DNA of 64,000 nt from an uncultured delta proteobacterium (GCA_963848135.1 CAWKCK010000017.1:124001-188000); one strand, 5' to 3'. Counted from the first letter of the stretch, positions 11,993 to 27,441 are shown. Translations and numbers: made by a program. The notes: generated by a model not told the origin, from the sequence alone.

Positions 11993-14048
11993 TTAATTAC
12001 AGCCTGTCACCGTTTCCGCCTGCTTTCTGTCAGGACCGATGGGTATGTTGCAGACATCGGCCCCATCGGCCGGCAGACCCTTACCGGCCAGTTGCAACAA
12101 TGGTGTCACCACCGGACTGGTAACAAACCGGATGGCTGTGCCCAGGAGTCCGCCCGTATCAATGCCCACTCCGAAATCAGAAAAGCTACCGTTCACCTCG
12201 AGTGGTGTCGCTATGCTGAAAAATTCCGCTTTTTTGGGCCGCGGCGCCGCCCTAATCTGAACATGCTGTTTTCCGAAATCCACTTGGCCTTTTCCGCATA
12301 TACGGATTTTAGAAGTGTCGATCAACAAAACCCTGGGTTTCAACACGCCATCCTTCATATCCCAAAGGCCGACGATGCAGTTGATTTTGACTGATCTTTC
12401 TGACTAGAAACGATGGCGGCAACCACGTTGACCGCCCACAGATCAATAATACCCGCTTTGAGATTTTTGAGGCGGCCCGAAAAATCGAAATGCCCGTTAC
12501 TGCGCGCCATGAGATCTTCGAAACGACCCGCATTTGAAGAGAGATCGACATCGAGATTGATTATGCCACCCATCTCGGCCTTCGGTTTGGCCCGGCGGAC
12601 CAGCACCCCGAAATCGAAATTCTTTATCTTGGCCTGCACCGAGGCCTCCGATTTTGCGTGACCCGGTTTCATTGATGCGCTGAATAGAAAGCTGCCCCCG
12701 GGAATATTCAGATGCACCGGATCGATCGAAATGCGACCCTTCTTCAACGTCGCGGTCAATGCGCCGCTTCCCAGTTCGTCTTTGCCGGATTTTACTTTTT
12801 CGGCGGTAATCTTGATGTCGGCGTCGAGTTTGGCAAGGGCTTCAGGACTCAACAAAGCGTATTTAACGGTTGATCTATCGTTAGCGTTATGCGATAATTT
12901 TGTTTTCTCTTTTTATTGTCCGCAAGGTCATCTGACCGTGTCGCCGTTTGACCCTGTGGCTGGTCGGTACGGCCCTTTTCCGGGGACCAATCGCCCACTT
13001 CGAAATCATTAAGCTGAATCAGGGGTGCCTTCAGTTCGGCGTCTACTACAGGCCGGGGTCCGGCAATGTCGGCGTTCAAAAACCCGATCAAACGGCTCTT
13101 GCCAACCTGTAACGAAAAATCGGATAATTTGAGGTGTTGCTTCCGGAGCGATAATTGACCACCGGCGCGATAGGATTTAAACGGCGGAAGGGAGAGATTC
13201 GTCAGTCGGTTGAGACTGCTGAAATTTGAACCGGCGACGGAGGCTTTTAACCGAAGGGTCCTCAACGCCTGGGCCAGATCGATGTCACCCGAAAACTCGA
13301 AATGGGTATCGGCGATTTCCGCTTTGATCTCCATCCGGGAGCGGTTGTCTTGTATCAGTTCCTTCAGCGAACCGATCTCGATGGTCGTGACGTAGGAATT
13401 CTTGAATGCCTCCCCTTTAAGGGATAGAGTGAACGGTTCGCCGGAAGGCATTTTACCGGTACATTCGCTAATGGTCAAGTGTGCCGGTCGGGCCTGTCCG
13501 CTTCTACTATACTCGACCGATATGTCCTTGAACACGAGTTTCTTGATGACCAGGGTATCAGCGGTCAACATCGGTCCGGACGTTTCCGATGCCGGTTCGG
13601 ATTTTTTAGCCGGTGAGGGGTCAGATTCTGCAGGAACTCGGAATGCCCAGTTGACTTCACCGCGATCGTTTACTTCGAGTGTCAGATTGAACCCCTGAAC
13701 GTTGAACTCTACAATATGAATCTTGCGCCGTAAAAGGGGCAACAGTGCCACCTTGATCCGGGCGGTATCCATGGTGATGAAACCGCTGGATTTAAACCCT
13801 TGGGGATTGGCAATCTTCAACCCTTCCAGAGTAAAAACCGGCCGCAAGGACGTGGTAACGGCAATCCTGTCATGTACGATAACGGTTCGTCCAAGACTGC
13901 GCGTTGCCAGTGATTCCACCAAGCCCTTGTGGGCGCTCAAGTCGATGGGAATTCTCACAAAAGCCAGCACCGCAAGTATCACCATTACCACGGCGACCAG
14001 GCCGCCCACGACATAAGCGGTCCGACGGATGATTTTATTTACATCCAT
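11993..14048 (-). CDS. AsmA family protein, split by two frameshifts (~12900, ~12385)
   Basis: Three overlapping ORFs (12849-14048, 12355-12855, 11993-12358) read as one protein: N-terminal anchor, SLGRTVIV...LKIANPQGF, LDADIKITAEKV, LIDTSKIRICGKGQVDF. Confidence 0.8.
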
Positions 14049-14141
14049 GATATTGTTCCTCTATGGATGAACGATATACACCCAAACGGTCGCTCTCCTG
14101 GGTTTCTTTCATATGATTTTTTACCAGGTGAGATATTATAT

Positions 14142-15261
14142 TTAGAAATCAATCTGCCACTTGCCACCAACGTACCACTGCGTTCCCAACCAGGGAGTGG
14201 TACCTGCAACGGCGACACCTTTACCGTAATTGATGTAGCCGATTTCGGGCACCAGATAGACCCTCGAGGCCAAGGTTAACACAGACTGAAGATACAGCGT
14301 ATAGTTGGTATTTTTATTATCCTGCCCTTTACTACGCAGATAGCCGCCGCCGGTCTCGAGCCGTACCCGCTCATTGACGCTGTAGCCGATCGCCAGCATG
14401 GCCATAAGGGTGTCGATATCGGTCACTTTGCCATCCGGTCCTGATAACCGGTGCCACCGAAATATTTGGATCACCATCTAGGGTACTATCCAACCAGCCG
14501 GCAGCCGCACCATTTCTGTACCAGCTGATCTGCGGCTTGACATACACCGGACCAAAGTTCAGATCAGCGCCGGCGCCGAAAACCACTGAGGTTATCGTAC
14601 CGGTATTCGTTGTCCCATCATTCAAACTGGCATAAAATTTGTAATTCTGCCAACCACCGAAAATGTGGGCGCTCATATTGTCTGCAAAGGCATACATGTA
14701 ACTGGCTTCAATCTTGGGCCAGTAATTTTCATTCGCAACGGCGGCCACGTTCCCAGTTGGATCGACCGTCTCATCCGAGGTTGGTGAGATGGCGGCAAGC
14801 TTTAACCCACGACCTTCTAATGCGATTTGACCTACGCGACCGCCGTAGGCGTTGCCAAACTGCCACAGGTTCTCGTCGGTATTGAATACCTGATTACTCA
14901 AACCGAAAAGGATGGGGGTTAAATCTTTGCCGATTTTCAGTCCCCAACCATCCGTAAATTTCCAAATGCCATATATCTTACGGGTGGTGACGTTGGTTTC
15001 ATTGGCGCCAACTTCGACCAGGGCGTCGATCACATCTCCCTTGACCCTAGCGCCAAAGCGGGAATTGGGCTGCAGTTCCCATTGTGTATTGTTAATCCGG
15101 GTACGGCCGGCATCATCCGGGCCTTCGTCCTTTAAATCCCTACTGGTGAAAAAGGTCGCCACGCGGGCACTTCCGTAAAGGCTCCACTCGGTGGCAAATG
15201 CGATGCCGGGGATTAAGACGACCAGCACAGCGGTGACAGAAAAAAGGCGACACTTTCTCAT
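14142..15261 (-). CDS. Outer-membrane porin-like protein; frameshift near 14442
   Basis: Signal peptide then EWSLYGSARVATF and NSRFGARVKG; second ORF ends YVGGKWQIDF (beta-barrel terminal Phe); one extra base at ATC-A-GGA separates the two frames. Confidence 0.8.
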
Positions 15262-15361
15262 CTACAGTTCCCCCTCAGCAAATTGTATAAAATTTATAGG
15301 CACTGACTCACAAAAATTCACTAACTTTAGCAGTTTAATCCAGACATGGGTTTGTCCAATT

Positions 15362-15552
15362 CAATGACCTTCGGTAAAGCCGGAGGTATGGTTAGTGAAC
15401 CGCTCAATGCGGTCGAATAAAACCATTATTCCGGGCAACCAAACGGTCATTGAAATACAATAATCAACAACTCCGGTCGCTGTTAACTCTTGGAACTGTC
15501 AAACTTTGGGAGTCTCCCCGGAAAAGCCGGGGGTTTACCGATGATGATTATT
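15362..15552. mobile_element. Non-autonomous IS200/IS605-like miniature element (family B), copy 1
   Basis: Hairpins at both ends (ACCTTCGGTAAAGCCGGAGGT; CCCCGGAAAAGCCGGGG), CCGCTCAATGCGG and GGAACTGTCAAACTTTGG; second copy at 37019-37320; no tnpA. Confidence 0.65.
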
Positions 15553-15671
15553 TGGGTATTCATAGCCAATTTTTGGTCGGTTTGGCAAGCTGGACGATTC
15601 GGCCTGAACATTTCACCAAATTGAGACATACTGGCCAAGGCATTCGGGGCATGAAATTTTAATTTTGATTA

Positions 15672-16700
15672 TCAGGAAAGAAACGAAAAAAAGACAACAA
15701 GGGCAAAAGAAAGGGGAAACAGCCAGCGACATTTGGCATCTATCCGGCGCCCGATGTTCAGCCGTCCGGTTCCCGCAAGGTGGGATGTTACCACAACCTC
15801 CAACAAGCTGGCGAAAACAAGGATGGTTGACCCGAAAACAAAGATATCCATACGGGTTAGATAAGGAATTTCCGGCAGCCTCGATGTCAGCGAAATATAA
15901 TAGGCAATCAGCGTCAACACCGTTGTCACCGACACGCTGAACTGGCTCCTGATTTCACTGGGATTTATCCAGAATACGATCCATGACATCCCGACGATCA
16001 AAGCCAATGGTATAATGAAGGTAAGGATAATGAATTCACTGCGCCGGTCAGCTTCAAAGTAAACCTCGAATCGACTCGACAGGTCAAACCGGTTAACCTG
16101 GCTCTCGATGGATCTAATCCCAAAATTCTTTATTTCCCAATCGGCAACGGTAAACTTCTCCGCTATAAACGAAGGTTCCTCAGGGTCTGGAAGCAGAACC
16201 ACATCTTCGTCGCTGTATTCTGAAACTATTGGAATCCTGATAACCTGCCGGTCAAACGGGTACTTGTGCAAATTTAGTGATTGAGAGAATTCCCCGCGTG
16301 TATTTATTCTGTAAACGACCTCACCGTCGGGCATAACCTCGGCAAACCTCAATATGGGTGTCCATGAGTGTAGTAGAGATGAGAAGGATATATAGGGGTA
16401 CCAAATTTCTTCCAGTCTGCGTTTGATGCTACCGGGGCCCTCGTGGGCGAGGCGGGGGTCTTTCCAACGGATTTTGCCAATTATTCCCAAAGAAAGATTT
16501 TGTTTGTTATCGTTGATATCATATATGTCGATGATGCCAAGGGTAATGTAAACCGGAAGCGCTTTTCCATCGGGTGTCGGTGGAACATTGACGTTAGCCC
16601 AGGCCGGTATGGAAATGAGGCAAATTATTGATATGTAGAAACAAAATATTCTTATTTTTCGAATCATTATGATGCGGAACTCCTTGTCGTAACTAATCAT
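15672..16700 (-). CDS. Prokaryotic pentameric ligand-gated ion channel (GLIC/ELIC-like)
   Basis: Signal peptide; IDIYDIN, RWKDPRL, IWYPYI, Pro-loop YPFDRQ; four TM helices (FIIPLALIVGMSWIVFWI, SVSVTTVLTLIAY, LPEIPYLTRMD, WLFPLSF). Confidence 0.9.
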   Translation of the reverse strand: MISYDKEFRIIMIRKIRIFCFYISIICLISIPAWANVNVPPTPDGKALPVYITLGIIDIYDINDNKQNLSLGIIGKIRWKDPRLAHEGPGSIKRRLEEIWYPYISFSSLLHSWTPILRFAEVMPDGEVVYRINTRGEFSQSLNLHKYPFDRQVIRIPIVSEYSDEDVVLLPDPEEPSFIAEKFTVADWEIKNFGIRSIESQVNRFDLSSRFEVYFEADRRSEFIILTFIIPLALIVGMSWIVFWINPSEIRSQFSVSVTTVLTLIAYYISLTSRLPEIPYLTRMDIFVFGSTILVFASLLEVVVTSHLAGTGRLNIGRRIDAKCRWLFPLSFALVVFFSFLS

Positions 16701-16744
16701 ACTATCACTTTAGCAGCAATGTACCTGAAAGATCCGGTCAAATA

Positions 16745-20450
<3,706 letters not shown>

Positions 20451-20799
20451 AAACTTTATATAGTATTCTAAATTTAGTATTGATGTTGTTATTGTGTTGA
20501 TTTTTGTGAATATATGCTTTGGCTCTTAATATTCTTAATGGTTAGTCATAGGATGTGTCACAGACTAGCTTATGACTTAAATAAGCTAATGATAAGGCTG
20601 GAATTAAATACTGCAAGATGTTTTTTTTGTAGGTAAATTTAAACAACGGTACTGGCAATGCATGAAATATATTCGAAAAAAATTATACACTCGTTAAAAT
20701 AATAAGGTGATAAGTAGAAAGTATCTACTAGCGCACCTATTTACGACTAGTCTCACGATACTGAAGTTCTTTGGCACTTGAACATTAAAGAACCTGAGA

Positions 20800-22106
20800 T
20801 TATAAAGATAAAAGTGCACGCAAACTAAAGACTCAGATCGCATTTTACTCTGGGTTAAGCGCTGGATTGATAATCAGCTGTACGTATGGTGTAATGGCTA
20901 GGTTCTGGAATAGCTGCAACTTGTAGAAGAGTTCGGCGGTATACTGGTCACAGAGATCGCTGTATGGTGGACGGCCCCAATTGAGTCTAAGGCTGATCAG
21001 ATCTTTGCTTTCGCTGAAATAGTATCTAAACACAGCACGGGCGGATTTTTCAATAAGAGCACCACTGCTGTCGGAATATCTGGCTCGTATAAACGGCATA
21101 TAGGTGTAGTAGACAAACCAGGCGGCAGAGAAGGCCAAACCCCAACTATACTAGACTATGGCATACTCTCGCTTATTGGCATAACAGCTAGTGAGATGAA
21201 TATTGTCAAGGTAGATATGATACTTTGAGGATGTCTAACAGAGTTCGGCGTGGTAAAAATACTCGTGATCATAGAAAAAGGTGTAGAAACTTAATTCGGT
21301 GGCATCACGTTGGCATAGGCTAGGCCTCTCACGACGTAAATGTTGTCTGTGACTAACGCACAGAAGGCAGCTCTCAGGCTCGGATTGGGCACTGGGATGG
21401 TAGGGTCTGTCAGGAAGAACAGGTTCTGAAAGGCGGTCCAAGGATTGATGAGTCCGTAAACGTTGAGGTAGTCGGTGACGTCCACGACTCCGGCGACAAA
21501 AGAAAATCGCCCCTTGTCCAGGCGCTGCTTACAGTAGAGGTTGGTCAACCCACACCAGAAGTCGCTGAATGCCGTGCCGGTGATACCCAGGTATACCGCA
21601 TCGAATCGCAGGTTCTGCGGTGCGATATCAGTGCACAGTCGATGACGGTTTTCAACCTTGAAGACAATGGCGCCGGTGTTGCCGGTCTCGCGACGGATTA
21701 TGGTCCAGTTACTGAAAAAACGAAATATCCCCCCGGCGGCATTGTCTTTGTCAAGACTGTCACTGGCTTTTTGTCCGAGTGCGGTATAGTCAAGTCCGAA
21801 ACTCAGCCCGTAATTTTTGTTGAGCTTCCCCTTCCAGTCGAACCATGGCATCAGGACAGTGTCAATGCCCTCCAAGCGGAAGAAGGGTTTCCTGACCTCG
21901 TTGTCTTCTGTTAGATTGGAGCCGACACTGCTAGGCCCGCCAAACTGAGGAATGTCGTCATAGCCCGATCTTGTTTTCGTTCCATCCTGTGCGGCCACTG
22001 CCACCGCTACCGTCGAAGCAACCAATAAAGCAATTGCAAGCACCAAACCAGCATCGTGGATTTTACCGAGTTTCTTCTTTTTTATTTCTATGATGTGTTT
22101 TTTCAC
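20800..22106 (-). CDS. Carbohydrate-selective porin (OprB family); sequence corrupted by many G->N changes, one frameshift and false stops
   Basis: WKGKLNKNYGLSFGLDYT, FKVENRHRL, DYLNVYGLINPWTAFQNL, QYTAELFYKLQLFQNLAITPYVQLIINPALNPE; reading through the stops gives a porin-like C-terminus ending at 20800. Confidence 0.75.
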
Positions 22107-22579
22107 TCGCAGGCCCCCTCGCGGTAACCAATGACGGCCGGATCAGCACAGGCATTGCAACCATTGGAATAGGTTTTAACCGTTCCATCGTCGAGCTTTG
22201 CACAAACCGGCTGATAATCTTGGATACAGAACTGGGGACGAGGCTTCGGGCAGGAGACAACCTCTTGCTCGTCTGCGGCTTTTCTGCTCAGAACTCCTTC
22301 CAGGTGAACTGTTTGGCTAACACCAGTGCGGCCGTTTTCGTCGATCACCTTCAGAGTGACCAGCGGTGAAGGTTTGACCTCCCATACGAAATCTACCAGG
22401 CCAAAGTTGAGTTTGGTGAATTGCCCGGCGATGAGACTGATTTCGCCTTTAGGAAAAGGCAACCGGCCTGACTCGGCAAAGGCCATTGCGACAGAAATAA
22501 TGAGCACCACCGTGGTCATCACAACCAGAACCGTATCATCGCAACGCCTATTGATCGCCCTTTTATGGTAATGGATCAT
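22103..22579 (-). CDS. Exported protein with C-terminal Kazal-like cysteine domain
   Basis: Hydrophobic signal ending AMAFA; C-terminal CPKPRPQFCIQDYQPVCA...TYSNGCNACAD...EGAC. Confidence 0.7.
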   Translation of the reverse strand: MIHYHKRAINRRCDDTVLVVMTTVVLIISVAMAFAESGRLPFPKGEISLIAGQFTKLNFGLVDFVWEVKPSPLVTLKVIDENGRTGVSQTVHLEGVLSRKAADEQEVVSCPKPRPQFCIQDYQPVCAKLDDGTVKTYSNGCNACADPAVIGYREGACE

Positions 22580-22597
22580 GATGATCAGCTCTATTTT

Positions 22598-24549
22598 TCA
22601 TTTCGTTCTCTTCAGCCTGCTATTCAGAGCCACCTTTCTTGTTTGCCCTCGATATCTGTGCCAGGTTGTTGGTATCTTTGAGCTCGGCATGTTCATGCCG
22701 TTCAACATGACCATGTCCTTGGCAATAGAAAAGCTTGGCCAACCGATCGGTTCACTCACAAATAGCCCACCAGCCATTTTACTTTCCAGATCCCCGCCCC
22801 TACGCTGGATCGGCTTTTCTTCCGGTATCAAAGAAGACTGGGAGCCGGTTGTCCGCCCCTTGACTTCGCCCGGATTCAGGACGCTGTCGTCGATATCCAG
22901 CGCTTTCGGGTTGTTTTTGATCGTGTAGATCTTCAGCCATGACTTGCCTGATGCCGGCACGAAACGGCCTTTGCTCTCCACCGGGAAACGGATCGGTTGG
23001 CCGGGGAAGACATCCTTGAGAACTTTTGAGTCTTTGACCACGATCGTGCCGTTGACCAGTACATAAGGAATTCCGGTGGACGGCAGCCCATTCGTGCCGC
23101 CTTGAAATTCGCATGCTCGGTCACGTTCTTTGGGTAGAAGATGATGATATCGGCCACCATGCCTTCCTGCAGGCGTCTGCGCTCTTGCATGGCCTTCAGG
23201 CCGGTATCTCCGATATGCTTGGCGCTCCAGTAGCTGAGCTGGGCAATGGTGTGCATCAGCGGTACGCCGTTTTCCCGCGCAATGCGCAGTGTTGCCGCAT
23301 GGGTACCGGCCGCGCGGGGGTGGCCGGCATAGTCTTCATACGGGGAGTCTCAGCTTAAGCGCTTCCCCTTGATATAGAGGCCCGGCATGCCGTCACCGGC
23401 CACCACGAAATGTTCCACCTTGGTCCACTCGGGAAGCCACTGTTTTCGGGGAGGACTATAGGCGATAAGCGTGCGACCAGGTTCCTCTTTTTTGAATTTC
23501 AGGAACTCGTCCTTGGTAACAAACATGTACAGTTGAGGATCATATATGGTCTCTTCGTATTTATATCCCATGGCCTTTTCCCAGATATCAGGTGCGACGA
23601 TGCTGGCACCATAATTGCCCGATCCGGCGATCCAGGGGTAGTATTTCGCCCAGACATTGTACCCCTGTGCTCTGGCCAATGCCATTTTCTCCTGGTTTTC
23701 CCACCAGCCGTAGTCGTTGTCATGATGCACCTGCAGCGGCGCTTTCAAAACCATGGCGTTGACCAGCACTTCATTGGCCCCTGTCGGCCCCTCGGTCGGT
23801 GTGGACGCACTGGGATGGAAGCGGTGGTGAACCGCGGTCAGTCTTCCATAGCGAGCAGCGGTGCGCTGTGCCTCTAGCATCTCGTATGTGGTGATGCCCT
23901 TTTGCGCGTATCCTATCGTGGAACCGACACCGATGGCTCCCTGGCGCAGACCCTCATCAAGGGTTTTGGTGATTTCGTTCATCTCCTCGACGGTGCTGCG
24001 GGTCACCGACCAGCCATCGACGCCGTCTTTGGACGCTTCGGTTCGATATTCGAAAAAGTACGGCATACTGACATTGGGCCCTTCGAGCGTCAATCCATCA
24101 TGGACTCTCATGCGCGCGAACTCCTGCCCGACGACGGTCCCAAAATTGGCTTGCATATGACCGCTCCGAGCCTCGTACCATTCGTCGATATTCAGGGCAC
24201 CGACCTCGAAGTCCATCTGGGTCGTCACACCATCGCGGAGGTTGACCTTGACTGCCCAGGGGTCCAAGCCGTGCTGTTCCGTATCGATAAAACCTGGTGC
24301 GACAACCAAGCCCTTCGCATCGATCGTTTCTTTGCTACGGATTTCCTTTGTTGTGATCGCGGCAATTTTACCGTCCTTAATACCCACGTTACGAACGTCA
24401 TCAAAACCGGTTTCCGGATCCATGACCCGCCCATTGAGAATGACCACATCATATTGAATGGCTTGGGCTATGCCTCCAACGAACACAGCCAAAAAAATGA
24501 AACAGATGATAACAGAAAACCAAAAGCTATCAGATTGTATGACCTTCAT
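22598..24549 (-). CDS. Exported D-aminoacylase/D-glutamate deacylase-like amidohydrolase; internal TGA (23350) and frameshift (~23095), probably errors
   Basis: DVVILNGRVMDPETG, VVAPGFID, DGVTTQMDFEVG; continues past TGA as DSPYEDYAGHPRAAGTHA...GMVADIIIF, then GLPSTGIPYVLVNGTIVVKDSKVLKDVFPGQPIR in another frame. Confidence 0.8.
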
Positions 24550-24577
24550 TTATATTTCCTTCTGATGAGATTGCATC

Positions 24578-26014
24578 CTACATAGACCAGGAATGACCTG
24601 ATGGTTTTACGCCGCCACGGAATGACTTGTGTGTTGGTGGGACCAACAGATTCTTGTATGATTTTCCGTCCTTCAAGACAAATAGAAGGTTGTTTTCTTT
24701 CAGAATCAATTTGACGTCTTGAGTCGGGTCACCCTTCCAGATCAGCAGATCTGCCCAGGCGCCTTCCTCTATGACACCAAGCTTGGCTACCTTATACGCA
24801 TTACGGGAAGGTGCCGTCAATTCAAGCAGGGCTTGGCCGGCGGCGGATGTAGATAGCTTCATAGCATCCAGAGAGGTGAAGGGGCTGTCAGTAATCTCCA
24901 CCGGATAAGTGACATTTACGAGGGCGTTGTGCCAGTTATCCCAACCGAACATATCGGAGCCCACGAAAATCTTGACGCCATGTTTTTTCATCCATTTGGG
25001 AACTTGTACGGATCCCTTTGCTACCAGCGCCCCTTTTTTTCGCATGTCGTCAGTGAACCAGTCCGGGAAATTGCCCATCCCAAATGTGTTGTAGCTACCG
25101 TATGGCTGCCAGGACCACCAGACGCCTTCCTTGGCCATCCGTTTGACGGTCTCCTCTGAGATAAGGAAGCCATGCTCGTATGATTTCACCCCAGCATCCA
25201 TAGACTTATTGTAGGCTGCGTCCGTGTACCCATGAATGGCCACATAACTGTAGTATTCATTGGCCACCTGCACCGCAGCCTTCATTTCTTCCAACGAGGG
25301 TGAATTAAGATCGATGGGGTCGTAAACACTGGCAACACCGCCACCGGACATGACTTTGAGAAAATCACCGCCGTTGCGGAAAATCCAGCGACCGGCACGC
25401 AGCCATTCATCAACACCATCCACGACAAATGTATTCTGCACCTTTATTTGATAGTTTTCCTGGCCGGGTGCATCATTAAATGACCCCCAATCGGAATGAC
25501 CCCCTGTGGGGCCGATGGCCGGACCGGATGAATAGATGCGCGGGCCCGGAAGCTGGCCACCATTAATCGCGCGCTTTAAGCCAAGGCTGTTACCAGCGAT
25601 ATCCCGAATGGTGGTAAAGCCGCTGCGCAGCAAGTACTCGGCAGCTATGGAGGCATTGGCACCTACGACATACGCATCCCAGTCATATGTTCCCGCAGAG
25701 GTACCACCATTGAGCATCAAATGTTGGTGCATGTCAATCAACCCTGGTGTCAGCGTACCGCCCTGGCCGTCTATAACCACGGCTTGTTTGGCCTTGATGT
25801 TTTTAGAGATCTGTTTGATTTTGTCCCCCACTACCAAGACATCGACACTTTTTTTGACCGTATCGCTGGTGCCGTTCCATACGTCGACATTGGTGATCAG
25901 TACCTGAAACGGCGCCTCTGTTTTTTTCTCCTGGGCCAGTGGCTGCTGAATGGATATCGCGAAAAATGAAGCAATGACCAACAGAATGGCGAAAATTCGA
26001 GTTTGTGAATTCAT
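24578..26014 (-). CDS. Exported amidohydrolase (Xaa-Pro dipeptidase-like, Amidohydro_1)
   Basis: Signal peptide; TPGLIDMHQH, GFTTIRD, GGHSD, KVMSGGGVAS, AIHGY, YEHG, GSD, GAWADLL. Confidence 0.9.
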   Translation of the reverse strand: MNSQTRIFAILLVIASFFAISIQQPLAQEKKTEAPFQVLITNVDVWNGTSDTVKKSVDVLVVGDKIKQISKNIKAKQAVVIDGQGGTLTPGLIDMHQHLMLNGGTSAGTYDWDAYVVGANASIAAEYLLRSGFTTIRDIAGNSLGLKRAINGGQLPGPRIYSSGPAIGPTGGHSDWGSFNDAPGQENYQIKVQNTFVVDGVDEWLRAGRWIFRNGGDFLKVMSGGGVASVYDPIDLNSPSLEEMKAAVQVANEYYSYVAIHGYTDAAYNKSMDAGVKSYEHGFLISEETVKRMAKEGVWWSWQPYGSYNTFGMGNFPDWFTDDMRKKGALVAKGSVQVPKWMKKHGVKIFVGSDMFGWDNWHNALVNVTYPVEITDSPFTSLDAMKLSTSAAGQALLELTAPSRNAYKVAKLGVIEEGAWADLLIWKGDPTQDVKLILKENNLLFVLKDGKSYKNLLVPPTHKSFRGGVKPSGHSWSM

Positions 26015-26502
26015 TATAGAGACTCCCTTTAGGATTTATTCGCAGATAGAGTGCGGTTAAAGAGTAGATTTCGAACGACGTCGCCAAAGTCCGAAAAACA
26101 AACAAAAGCATTGATTTAGACGTCCAGATTTACAGAAATTATTTCAAAACCGGAGTGAGTACTAACTGCAGGATTGACGTAAAGTCCGCTTGAGAAATAC
26201 GTGTACGGCGTTAATATTGGTGCCACAAAATATTTTCGCTTGACTCGTGCCACACTTAGCACAAGCAGGAGACTTTAACATGACACAAGTCTTCAGTTGA
26301 ATGAATACTCAGGCAGATGAAATATAATTACTGAAGAAATTACCCATTACGAATGACAGATTCCGAAGTTAAGTCAAATGTATAGAAGCAATCTAAATTA
26401 GGGCCAGAAACTAGTTGTGTCAATACAGACGCTAATTTGACTTTGATATCGGCATCACTAGATTAAAGGGCAGACTGCGAGTAATAGTCAATTTAATTCG
26501 TT

Positions 26503-27441
26503 TTAAGCTATTGTTCTGATTGTTGCAATTTTTACTTGAAAACTCACCAGGTCAAACACCAGATGCATGCCGAGATTTTCGAAGAATCGGGTGGAACCAT
26601 AGATAACTTCCCAATGCGTCCGGTCGATGTCGAAGTGGGCTTCCGCAGCCAAGCCACCGTCTTCTGTTTTTGTGACGGTGGCTTGAAAGGAAAGATCGGC
26701 TTTGACGCCCCTGAGTTCAAGGGTCGCTTTGAAGTCATAGTTGGGAGAACTTAAGAAAGGTGTCTGGACTACACGGCCTTCCTTAATGGTCAAAATAGCG
26801 GTCGGGAATATCTTAACGTAAAAAAAGTCGTCTGATTTGAGATGTGATGTGAGTACCTGATGGAGTTCGTCGCCTTTTAGATTGGTATTGTCGATCGATT
26901 CCATATCGATCTCGAACTCGCCGTTTATGACTGAATTATTTACCGCTAACTGACCTCTCTTTATCCCCACCGTCCCAAAATGCCTGGTATTCGGGTTCCT
27001 ACCAGACCACTCAATGAGACTGTGTGCTGTATCGACATGATAATTACCGTTATCTATATGTAACACAGTTTCAGGGTCAGTGATGTCCGGCTGCTCGCCG
27101 TGCAGATCATATCCCTCAGCGCGCCAGGCCTCGAGCCCACCAATCAAGATGCTGATGTTCTCGTAGCCCTCGCGCTGCAGTTTATCAGCGGCAGTGAATG
27201 CGTCCATGGAGCGGCTGCTCGATCCGTAGAGAACTATCTCAGATGTTTTGCCGTTTGTAATCTCTTCCACCTGCTCAAGGAAGTTCACCTCAAACACACA
27301 GGCGCTGAGCGCACCTGGCAGGTGGACCTTTTCAAAGTGGATACCGGTCAATGTATCGATAAGGATGAATGATTCTTTCTTTTCTATCCGCTGCATCAGT
27401 TCTTCCACTTCAAGTGACTTGAATATCTTCTCTTCTGTCAT
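26503..27441 (-). CDS. Rhodanese-like domain fused to YceI-like lipid/polyisoprenoid-binding domain
   Basis: N-terminal HLPGA and LIGGLEAW; C-terminal YHVDTAHSLIEW, HLKSDDFF, FDIDRTHW. Confidence 0.85.
   Translation of the reverse strand: MTEEKIFKSLEVEELMQRIEKKESFILIDTLTGIHFEKVHLPGALSACVFEVNFLEQVEEITNGKTSEIVLYGSSSRSMDAFTAADKLQREGYENISILIGGLEAWRAEGYDLHGEQPDITDPETVLHIDNGNYHVDTAHSLIEWSGRNPNTRHFGTVGIKRGQLAVNNSVINGEFEIDMESIDNTNLKGDELHQVLTSHLKSDDFFYVKIFPTAILTIKEGRVVQTPFLSSPNYDFKATLELRGVKADLSFQATVTKTEDGGLAAEAHFDIDRTHWEVIYGSTRFFENLGMHLVFDLVSFQVKIATIRTIA

Noticed and set aside
23350..23352. In-frame TGA in the amidohydrolase as possible selenocysteine or recoding
   Set aside because: The context fits Trp (TGG to TGA), and it lies within the G-loss error gradient alongside similar lesions.
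26237..26253. Sigma-54 promoter (TGGCACG-AGTC-AAGC on the minus strand)
   Set aside because: GG-N10-GC spacing fits, but the -12 element lacks TTGC and no activator is in view; too weak to call.
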